DNA of 32,000 nucleotides from Candidatus Babelota bacterium (GTDB lineage Bacteria; Babelota; Babeliae; Babelales; Vermiphilaceae): NCBI GenBank assembly GCA_039809905.1, contig JBDHVY010000001.1, positions 660,001 to 692,000 of the forward strand, read 5' to 3'. Shown piece by piece: positions 24,786 to 32,000 of this stretch (position 1 is its first letter; each line of letters starts with the position of its first letter). The notes under the pieces were generated by a model. It saw only the letters and a program-made list of their open reading frames with translations, ran no database searches and was not told where the DNA came from. The position numbers and the translations under genes were made by a program.

Positions 24786-25883
24786 ATGCAATTCAACATC
24801 AGGTTTTTTATTGTCACTTATATTTTTTATTTCATATGCAACATTAATGGTATGCAAAATGATATAAAGTTTAAATTAGATGGGATTCAAGAAATAACAT
24901 CTTTTGAAAATCCTTATTGCATACATCATGTTACTGATCATATCGTTGCTTTGAATAGTGTCCATGAATTTTGTGTGATAAATCTGAAAACGAAGGAAAA
25001 GCAATATATACCTTACGAAAATGAAAATATTCGAATGCGAATAGTTGGTAATGCTATCATACAAAGCGATAATAAGAAAGTAGTTCTTGCTAATGGTCAC
25101 GAGCTGATGGTTTATGATCGAAAAACAGACAATTATCAATGGTTTGATTGTGCAAAAATAAATTCTTTAAAGATGGATCCATCTCAAGATGCTTTTTATT
25201 GTAATACGAATGGTTCTACAATAAAGTTTAATTATACTGACAATAAATTTTCTGAGGTATCGAGTTCTTTTTTCCGTATTTTAGGTATTGATAATAAAAA
25301 ACAAAGAATGTATGTGCAGGATTATGATGGAGATGTTTCTTTATATTCATTACATAATTTAAAAGAAAAATATGCAACGATAATGGTCCCCAAAGATGGC
25401 GCTAAATTTTTCATGTATCAATTAAGTCCTGATAAATCTTATTTAGCATGTGGCCACAAAGATTTTATTTATAAAGTAAAACAAGATAAGCAAGACGATG
25501 AATATTTTATTCAGTCGCCCAATAATGAATGTTTTAGGCATATGGCATTTCTACCTAAAGGAAACATTCTAGTAACAATAAGCGGATCATCTGAGGAGAA
25601 ATCAATTATACGATATTGGGATTTTTTTCAAGAATTAGCAAACCCTATTTATACGTTTGAGCTTAAAGAAAGCGGAACGCGTGATATTTCTGTTGCTCCA
25701 AGTGGTCTGGAAATTATGATTGCATTTCGTGATAAATCTATAAGATCGCTAGTTCCTTTTGAGATAAAAAAACACTATGCATATCTTTTTTTTGTATTCA
25801 ATGAATTAAAAAAACAGCAGAAGATATCTCAGGATATTCTCACCTATACTATAGTTACATTATTAAAATATTTTCATTTTTAA
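24786..25883 (+). CDS. Hypothetical protein with WD40/beta-propeller-like repeats
   Basis: 365 aa. SD GAAGGAAG upstream. Hydrophobic N-terminus FFIVTYIFYFICNI. WD-repeat-like units, e.g. HMAFLPKGNILVTISGSSEEKSIIRYWDF and YQLSPDKSYLACGHKDFIYKV. Confidence 0.4.
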   Translation: MQFNIRFFIVTYIFYFICNINGMQNDIKFKLDGIQEITSFENPYCIHHVTDHIVALNSVHEFCVINLKTKEKQYIPYENENIRMRIVGNAIIQSDNKKVVLANGHELMVYDRKTDNYQWFDCAKINSLKMDPSQDAFYCNTNGSTIKFNYTDNKFSEVSSSFFRILGIDNKKQRMYVQDYDGDVSLYSLHNLKEKYATIMVPKDGAKFFMYQLSPDKSYLACGHKDFIYKVKQDKQDDEYFIQSPNNECFRHMAFLPKGNILVTISGSSEEKSIIRYWDFFQELANPIYTFELKESGTRDISVAPSGLEIMIAFRDKSIRSLVPFEIKKHYAYLFFVFNELKKQQKISQDILTYTIVTLLKYFHF

Positions 25884-26027
25884 TGTATAGCTCTGTAAAG
25901 GAAACTTAAAGCAAGATATTTCTATTTGTCTTTTCAAAAAAAAGGAGGCTTTTACAGTGTTTTTGATCTATGGTATTATTGTCATTAAGTGATAAATAGG
26001 TACCTCTCTACATTACTAAGGGAAACT

Positions 26028-27119
26028 ATGAAGAAACACAAAAGCTCTCTACTACTTATACCTGTATTGGTATCACTAAGTATGGGAAATGTTCAAGCTC
26101 GTGGAAATCATGATGGATTTATTGCAGGAGCTTGTGCGGTGGGAGCGGCGCTTATTGGTGCTGCGGGCATAGCAGCTATTGCTGATTGGTGTTGTTCTGA
26201 AACAGATGACCAGCTTATCGGGCGTGTAGGAAATGAGTTTCATACTATTGCTTCTGCTTATCAACAAACAATAGATTACTTTGGGCCACGTGCAGGAGTT
26301 GGTATTCATGCGCCTCACAAACCAATTCAACATATTTCTGAAGATGTTTTATATGAATTTGCAACATTTGTTTGGAATAGTAATAGTTCTCAAGCAAGTT
26401 ATCGTTCAAAAGTATGGTCAGCAAAGAGCACGCTGCAATCGTGTATAAAAGATTTGCGCAAACGTATTAATGCGTTTGAAGGTAAATATATTGATTATGA
26501 AGACCAAAAAAGATTGGCTACTATGCGCAGTCTTCTGAAAAATGGTAATCAATTGTTGACCGATGTTTCACTTTTTGCAGATTGTTTAGAATGTCATAAA
26601 ACATATTTTACGTTATATGATTCAGTAGGAAATATTCGTAATAAATATATTCAAGAACTAACTATTATAGAATCAGGTCGATATTCAGTTGCAGCAGAAT
26701 TAAAGCAGTATGTATTGAGTTGTGATAATAGTCGATATGCATTCAAGAATTTTGTTAGTTCCCTTGAAAGCAATATTTCTCAGTTGCAATCTGATGTATA
26801 TTATCTTAAATATGGCTATGAATATGGCAGAAATTATGCAAACGGCCTTATTAACTATTTAGTTGGTATAAAAAATATTATTATAGCTGATCCTCGTTAT
26901 CAGCAAGAACTATATGAATACGAAAAAGAACGTTTAGAGTTGCAGCGTATTCAAGCTCTTGAAGAGCAAGCGCGTCTTGAGCGAGAAAGAATTCGTCTTG
27001 AACGAGAACGCAATAGAATACTTCAAGAGCGCAATCGTATAGAGCAGCAAAAAATATATACGTATTCAGTTGGCTCTGCCCCTATCGTAGATGAAATTTC
27101 AGTGCAAGTTATTTTTTAA
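26028..27119 (+). CDS. Hypothetical membrane protein: bilobed hydrophobic N-terminus plus long helical region and R/E-rich coiled coil
   Basis: The ORF opens at GTG 25989. ATG 26028 is preceded by AAGGGA. SLLLIPVLVSLSMG - NVQARGNHD - GFIAGACAVGAALIGAAGIAAIADW. C-terminal RLERERI heptads. Confidence 0.6.
   Translation: MKKHKSSLLLIPVLVSLSMGNVQARGNHDGFIAGACAVGAALIGAAGIAAIADWCCSETDDQLIGRVGNEFHTIASAYQQTIDYFGPRAGVGIHAPHKPIQHISEDVLYEFATFVWNSNSSQASYRSKVWSAKSTLQSCIKDLRKRINAFEGKYIDYEDQKRLATMRSLLKNGNQLLTDVSLFADCLECHKTYFTLYDSVGNIRNKYIQELTIIESGRYSVAAELKQYVLSCDNSRYAFKNFVSSLESNISQLQSDVYYLKYGYEYGRNYANGLINYLVGIKNIIIADPRYQQELYEYEKERLELQRIQALEEQARLERERIRLERERNRILQERNRIEQQKIYTYSVGSAPIVDEISVQVIF
26973..27056 (+). 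repeat. Four in-frame 21-nt tandem units encoding heptads RLERERI / RLERERN / RILQERN / RIEQQKI
   Basis: Read directly. Units at 26973, 26994, 27015 and 27036, in frame with the CDS, progressively diverging. Confidence 0.7.
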
Positions 27120-27148
27120 ATTAGTTTACATTCCGTTATGAATTAAAG

Positions 27149-27180
27149 GCCCAATCGAACTATTATTGCTTCGGTTGGGC
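27149..27180 (+). terminator. Candidate terminator hairpin after 26028-27119
   Basis: GCCCAATCGAA (27149-27159) / TTCGGTTGGGC (27170-27180): 11-bp stem with one G-U pair and a 10-nt loop. The downstream tract (TAAAATATTT) is only weakly U-rich. Confidence 0.45.
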
Positions 27181-27256
27181 TAAAATATTTCCTGGTCTTA
27201 TTTTTTGTGCTATGATTGGGCAAAATTATTTTATATGTATTTTCAAAGGAAAAAAT

Positions 27257-28282
27257 ATGAGTAGAACGATCAAAGGTGCGCAAGTTTTATTTTTTTCATT
27301 AGTTATGCATGTGTCATTTGCTGCTGAAAATGGACTTTCTTTGCAACTTTCTATGTTTGGTTCGTTTACCGCATGTGTTGCGAATGGGCTTGAGTCAGCA
27401 AAAAATACGTTTAAAAATGCAGTCTATGATGAAGAAGCCTTTAAAAAATTAGGGTGGCCTCTCTCTGATTCTCAGGCAAGAGTGGAGCTCACAGAAACTT
27501 TAGAGATGTATAAAAGAGTTTCAACACAGCAGAATCCTAACGATCGTGTTACAGATATAATTTCCATTGCAAACAGAACGAGTTATCTTGCTCGAGCATA
27601 TAGATTTATTATAGCGAGTAAATCTGATGAAGGTAAATTTGCTCGTCATTGTGTCGATCACCATTCTCCCGCAATGAATGAATCGTTAAAATCTTTATTT
27701 ATGGGATATCTTTCACAAAAAGAAGCAGAATCAGCGCAAGCTGCTGATTCTGCCCGTAAACGATTGATGAAAGATTCTTTACCAAATCAATTGCCTGAAT
27801 TATTACAACATTCAATGAGTGGATTGCGTTTATCTTCATCACATAATGAATTATTTGATAAAAAAATTCTTACCAAAATAGGATGGAGTTCTACTGATGC
27901 AAAACAGATGGCAGAAAAATATTTAAATAAATGTCTTTTGGCGTACAAAATAAAAAAAATTATGAAAACGCTAGAAGGCAGTGCACGTTTGCAAACACCA
28001 GAAGGACGTAAGGAAGCAGAAATTTCTGAGGATGATATCGTAGCGCTTAATTTTATACGAGATGTGCAGCGATTACGTGAATTTATCGAAAAGCGAGAAC
28101 ATTATATTAAGAAAATATGTGCAATGCTTAATGAACGCGGTGATGGTGTAGAATTGGCAGCACATTGTTTGAAATATCATGTATACATTATGTCAGAGAT
28201 GCTTCAAGATGATTTCCGTTTATTTATTCAAGCAAAGCAGCAACGCACTAGCGAAATTGCTCAGCAACTTTTGAATAAATAA
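27257..28282 (+). CDS. Secreted hypothetical protein with internal duplication
   Basis: The ORF opens at 27212. ATG 27257 is preceded by AAAGGA and begins signal-like MSRTIKGAQVLFFSLVMHVSFA|AE. Two modules share F.K.L..GW...D and A.HC......M.E.L...F. Confidence 0.6.
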   Translation: MSRTIKGAQVLFFSLVMHVSFAAENGLSLQLSMFGSFTACVANGLESAKNTFKNAVYDEEAFKKLGWPLSDSQARVELTETLEMYKRVSTQQNPNDRVTDIISIANRTSYLARAYRFIIASKSDEGKFARHCVDHHSPAMNESLKSLFMGYLSQKEAESAQAADSARKRLMKDSLPNQLPELLQHSMSGLRLSSSHNELFDKKILTKIGWSSTDAKQMAEKYLNKCLLAYKIKKIMKTLEGSARLQTPEGRKEAEISEDDIVALNFIRDVQRLREFIEKREHYIKKICAMLNERGDGVELAAHCLKYHVYIMSEMLQDDFRLFIQAKQQRTSEIAQQLLNK

Positions 28283-28290
28283 GGGTAATA

Positions 28291-29808
28291 ATGAAAACAG
28301 TCAAACCAACGGCGCTTATTATTCTTGATGGTTTTGGATATCGAAAAGAAAAAAAATATAATGCTATTGCCCATGCATATATGCCGCATTTTAAAAAATG
28401 GTGGTCTGAAGATTCTCATGCCATTTTAGCAGCATCTGGAGAAGCTGTTGGTTTACCAGATAATATGATTGGTAATTCAGAGGTTGGACATCTTACTATT
28501 GGCTTAGGTCGAATTCTTGATCAGCCAATGAAAAAATGGTTAGAAAGTATTGCCAATAAATCTTTTGCTCAGAACAAAGTGTTGCAAAAACAGTTTGAAA
28601 AACTAATAGCTGTTGGTGGAAAATTGCACGTTATTGGATTACTTTCTGATGCAGGTGTGCATGCACATGAAAAACAGATACATGCAGTGATAGAATTAGC
28701 AGTCAAAGCAGGAATAAAAAAAATTATTGTGCATCCTATTTTGGATGGCAGAGATGTTTCTCCTCAGTCAGCATATGATTATCTTCATCGATTAGAACAA
28801 ATGGCAAAATATTATAATCATGGCCAAGTAATCATTGGGTCATTGCAAGGAAGATTTTATGCAATGGATCGTGATAATAATTGGGAGCGTGTAGAAAAAA
28901 GTTATCGTGTATTAACTGAGCAACAAAATGAACTATATGATTCTTGGGAAAAAGTTCTAGAACGTAATTATGCGCACACTATTACTGATGAATTTATTCC
29001 ACCAACACAACTCGATAATTCTGCTGTTATACATAATGGAGACGGTATTATATTTTGTAATGTTCGTCCTGATCGTGCACGAGAATTAACTCATTGTTTT
29101 GTTAATACTGATGCAGTTCCTTTCGTTATAAAACCATTAAACCTTACTTTTTTTGCAACTCCTGTTGCATACGGTGACAATTTAAATACGGCTGTTTTTT
29201 TTGAGCAAAAAGAAGTGCATAACACACTCAAAGATGTTTTGGCTGAACATCATAAAACTATTTTTACTATTGCTGAAACAGAAAAATATGCTCACGTAAC
29301 TTATTTTTTTCGAGGAGAGAATGAAGAACCTGTTGCAACAGAGGTACGAAAAATGATTCATTCGCTTGTAGCAAAAGATTATATTGCTCATCCAGAAATG
29401 CGAGCGCAAGAAATAACTGAAGCAGTAGTGCAATCACTTGAAAATAATACTGCTGACTTTTATCTTGTTAACTATGCCAACGCTGATATGGTTGGTCATT
29501 CAGGCAATTTCGGTGCAACAATCCAAGCTGTTGAATGTCTTGATAAGCAACTTGGCACGCTATATGACGAAATTGTAGAAAAAAGAGATGGTACATTATA
29601 CATAACGGCTGATCATGGTAAAGCGGAAGATATGTATGATGAAATAATTGGTCAACCGCGCACTGCACACACCAATAATCAAGTCCCATTTTTAATGATA
29701 AAAAAGGGGATAGAAAGTCATGCATTAGGATTGAAAGGTTTGGCCGATATTGCACCATTTATTTTGCAAAATATGGGATTGCCAGTGCCGAATGAAATTG
29801 CTAAATAG
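28291..29808 (+). CDS. gpmI: 2,3-bisphosphoglycerate-independent phosphoglycerate mutase
   Basis: 505 aa. LIILDGFGYR, NSEVGHLTIGLGR, YANADMVGHSGN, ITADHGKAE (metal and phosphoserine motifs of iPGM). Confidence 0.92.
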   Translation: MKTVKPTALIILDGFGYRKEKKYNAIAHAYMPHFKKWWSEDSHAILAASGEAVGLPDNMIGNSEVGHLTIGLGRILDQPMKKWLESIANKSFAQNKVLQKQFEKLIAVGGKLHVIGLLSDAGVHAHEKQIHAVIELAVKAGIKKIIVHPILDGRDVSPQSAYDYLHRLEQMAKYYNHGQVIIGSLQGRFYAMDRDNNWERVEKSYRVLTEQQNELYDSWEKVLERNYAHTITDEFIPPTQLDNSAVIHNGDGIIFCNVRPDRARELTHCFVNTDAVPFVIKPLNLTFFATPVAYGDNLNTAVFFEQKEVHNTLKDVLAEHHKTIFTIAETEKYAHVTYFFRGENEEPVATEVRKMIHSLVAKDYIAHPEMRAQEITEAVVQSLENNTADFYLVNYANADMVGHSGNFGATIQAVECLDKQLGTLYDEIVEKRDGTLYITADHGKAEDMYDEIIGQPRTAHTNNQVPFLMIKKGIESHALGLKGLADIAPFILQNMGLPVPNEIAK

Positions 29809-29888
29809 TTCAACATTGGTCCTCAATTTCGCAAAGTCTTAATTGGGGTCCCCATACGAAGAATGAGAATGGGGTTAAAGTGATATGG

Positions 29889-30881
29889 CTATTTTTCAAA
29901 AATCCAATTCCAAAATCTTGTAAAACGAGAAGATGATGTTTTTTTACTATCATTGAATGTAACTATGCATACAGTTATATTATCCTCACTACCTTTATTG
30001 ATTGCTTTATCTTGTAAATCATGTGCAATAGCTTCAAGATCAATTGAATTGTTAATTTTTTCTTGTACAAATTTAACTGCTTGTATGCTTGTCATTATAT
30101 CCCATAATCCATCAGAAGCAATAATTAAAAAATGATTATCGTTTGTTAATGTTATTTCAGCATATTCTGGGGTAGCAATAATTTGATCTTTGTGTTCATT
30201 ATCTTTAAGAGTTCTATCTCCAATTGATCGTGATATCGCCAATCCATTTACGCGCCACACGCCATATTTTTCTATGTTGCCACCAGCAAGACGAATTCTA
30301 TTTAATTCATCTTTTCTATCAGGTTTATGATCCTTTGTTGTAAAAGCGACAGTGCCATTTTTTTCAAGCACTGCGCGTGAATCACCTACCCATGCCAAAT
30401 GCAAAACATTGTTTTTATCAATATAGGCCGCAACAGCAGTTGATCCATCATCAAAATTTTTTAAAGCATGGTTTTCTGCTTTTAAAAATGCAAGGTCGAA
30501 TGCAGCTTGAATGTTGGTTGCAGTAGGTATGTATTCAGTGAAATATTCATGCAAATTTTTTTGTAAATGAGAAGATGTTTTATCTCCACCATGTCCATCA
30601 TAAATGGCAAAAAACTCCCCTATATCTTCGTTCCTACTACTTTTGATTAATGCATGAGCAAATCGATCTTCTTGATAAGGGCGTTTGTTTTGTGCAGTAA
30701 CTAAGCCGTATTTTATTTTTATCGTATCTTCATTTGGCGTTGATACGATATTTTTCTTTTGCGTTAGCGTTTGTTCTGTTTTTGGTATTATTGCTGGCTT
30801 TGACTTTTGTCCTCTTTTTGCAGATACAGAACTTGTAAGAGCAAGTATTACCAGTAAAAAGATATTTTTTGTTTGTTTCAT
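29889..30881 (-). CDS. Secreted eukaryote-type PP2C (PPM-family) Ser/Thr protein phosphatase
   Basis: 330 aa. SD AAGGAAG upstream. Signal peptide MKQTKNIFLLVILALTSSVSA|KR. PPM motifs RPYQEDRF, FFAIYDGHGG, GSTAVAAYI, WVGDSRAVL, DHKPDRKDELNRIRLAGG, RVNGLAISRSIGD, IIASDGLWD, GSEDNITVCIV. Confidence 0.88.
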   Translation of the reverse strand: MKQTKNIFLLVILALTSSVSAKRGQKSKPAIIPKTEQTLTQKKNIVSTPNEDTIKIKYGLVTAQNKRPYQEDRFAHALIKSSRNEDIGEFFAIYDGHGGDKTSSHLQKNLHEYFTEYIPTATNIQAAFDLAFLKAENHALKNFDDGSTAVAAYIDKNNVLHLAWVGDSRAVLEKNGTVAFTTKDHKPDRKDELNRIRLAGGNIEKYGVWRVNGLAISRSIGDRTLKDNEHKDQIIATPEYAEITLTNDNHFLIIASDGLWDIMTSIQAVKFVQEKINNSIDLEAIAHDLQDKAINKGSEDNITVCIVTFNDSKKTSSSRFTRFWNWIFEK

Positions 30882-30940
30882 AGCTTCCTTTTTAAGGCAT
30901 TATATTTTTTATGAATATAAAAAGTAAAGCATATCAGTTT

Positions 30941-31375
30941 CTAGTCAATTCGAGAGGAATACCACCATGCGCCAACTAAGAGAGTAGATGCAGCAAAAGC
31001 GTGATAACTATATTGACGCATGGGATGCATGACCTGAATTTGAGATGAACCAGAACAAGAAAATTGATCTGTATTGATTGTAGGTTTATAGGTTGTGTAG
31101 AATATAAGGCGTAAGCTGCCTGATGAGTGACCTTTTATATTGATGTTTTGTACTGATGAAGGTATGCGAATTTCACACATAGCAGAACCACTTAGTGCGG
31201 TAGATATTTCTATTTCATCTATATCTTTGTCTATATCATATTTTTCATAAAAAGAGCCAGAGCCGTTGAATGTGAGCTGCTTTTTTTTTGCTTGTTTTCC
31301 GCCATCTGCAGCATACATTAATGATGTAGTGAATAGTATCGGTAATAATGCCGAAATCAATGTTGTTTTTTTCAT
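30941..31375 (-). CDS. Small hypothetical protein: signal peptide plus C-terminal hydrophobic anchor
   Basis: The ORF opens at 31414. ATG 31375 begins MKKTTLISALLPILFTTSLMYA|AD. C-terminal AFAASTLLVGAWWY. The shorter start removes the overlap with the upstream gene. Confidence 0.5.
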   Translation of the reverse strand: MKKTTLISALLPILFTTSLMYAADGGKQAKKKQLTFNGSGSFYEKYDIDKDIDEIEISTALSGSAMCEIRIPSSVQNINIKGHSSGSLRLIFYTTYKPTINTDQFSCSGSSQIQVMHPMRQYSYHAFAASTLLVGAWWYSSRID

Positions 31376-31404
31376 TTTATAATTTCTCATGTTTATGTTA
31401 TTTA

Positions 31405-31956
31405 TTATGGCCAATATTCAAAGAATAAATATCCATTTTCATCAAACATTTCTTTAAAATCAAGTTCTCTATAAATTTTTTGTGCTGGAAGATTTGCAAC
31501 ACGTGTCCACAGTGCAATATGCGTTGCTCCTATTGCAAATAATTCTTTCATAGCTCGTAGTGCTAAAATTTTGCCATATCCACGGCCTCTAAATGCTTCA
31601 TCAACAGCTAAGAATAGAAGGCGTCCTTGTGTGCGATTTTCCATAAAGTAAGCAGCAAATCCAGCAACTTTATCTTGTTCACGTAATACTTTAATATGAA
31701 GTGATCCAAAATGTGCAGGATTTGCATCATACGTGCGATGTTTAATCATAAAAGACGGAGATGATTCTGTGCTTGCAAGTAACCAATACCAATTTTTGTT
31801 AAAAATATCCATTATTCCATCAGTATCTCGAGAGGGATTAAAATCATAGATATTATCTTGTGGCAGAGCATTATGATAACGATATACAGCAATGCCGCTG
31901 CACGCAGCAATTAAAATAGTTAAGAATAAAATTATTTTTTTTGTACGAGATAACAT
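31405..31956 (-). CDS. GNAT-family N-acetyltransferase with N-terminal lipobox/signal-anchor
   Basis: 183 aa. SD AAGGAA 4 nt upstream. N-terminal KKIILFLTILIAA|C (lipobox-like IAAC). Acetyl-CoA motif LAVDEAFRGRGYGKILALRAMKEL and NLPAQKIYRELDFKE. Confidence 0.8.
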   Translation of the reverse strand: MLSRTKKIILFLTILIAACSGIAVYRYHNALPQDNIYDFNPSRDTDGIMDIFNKNWYWLLASTESSPSFMIKHRTYDANPAHFGSLHIKVLREQDKVAGFAAYFMENRTQGRLLFLAVDEAFRGRGYGKILALRAMKELFAIGATHIALWTRVANLPAQKIYRELDFKEMFDENGYLFFEYWP

Positions 31957-32000
31957 TAGATTCCTTATTTTAACCCCATATTACATTTCATTTTTCATGG

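Noticed and set aside
24620-24817. 65-aa minus-strand ORF in the large intergenic region.
   Set aside because: K/F/L-rich low-complexity translation, no SD, and it overlaps the start and SD of the + strand gene at 24786. Translation cannot be excluded without data.
1-32000. Scan for tRNA/rRNA genes, CRISPR arrays, IS elements/transposases, integrases and phage genes.
   Set aside because: I saw no cloverleaf-compatible GTTCRANNC T-arm contexts in intergenic regions, no regularly spaced direct repeats, and no DDE or tyrosine-recombinase-like ORFs. This absence is by-eye only and should be confirmed with tRNAscan-SE, Infernal, CRISPR finders and ISfinder.

Overview
AT-rich window (about one-third G+C by eye, not computed), densely coding, no rRNA, tRNA, CRISPR array or transposase seen. 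It mixes two kinds of content. (1) Housekeeping genes: valS, tyrS, truB, hsp20, alr, rlmB-like, ftsQ-like/ftsA/ftsZ, an aldehyde dehydrogenase and gpmI. (2) Many lineage-specific ORFs with signal-peptide-like or lipobox N-termini. Shine-Dalgarno sites are conspicuous purine/G runs (AAGGAG, GGGGGGA). Secreted eukaryote-like enzymes, eroded nucleotide-metabolism genes and a short archaeal-like ValRS suggest a reduced, host-associated (possibly intracellular) bacterium. Dependentiae/TM6-like is only my guess and cannot be established from this window. Most interesting loci: (a) 20685-22953, a secreted 580-aa protein whose last ~80 aa carry a DUF4258/RelE-BrnT-like RNase-toxin signature. It is translationally coupled (11-nt overlap) to the first of two paralogous CCFC...CHxxC mini-proteins, giving a candidate polymorphic toxin / zinc-ribbon immunity system. 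(b) 6107-10121, three tandem paralogues of an unrecognised secreted protein family with invariant LFGN...E[C/S]TW and G[FI]PAH motifs. (c) A secreted eukaryote-type PP2C phosphatase next to a lipobox-bearing GNAT. (d) A protein with a bilobed hydrophobic N-terminus plus coiled coil, reminiscent of inclusion-membrane proteins. (e) Degenerate homologues: an M50 protease without HExxH, a deoxynucleoside kinase without P-loop/ERS/lid, and a lipoprotein with a degraded Nudix box. All family assignments rest on motif recognition from memory; no database search was run.
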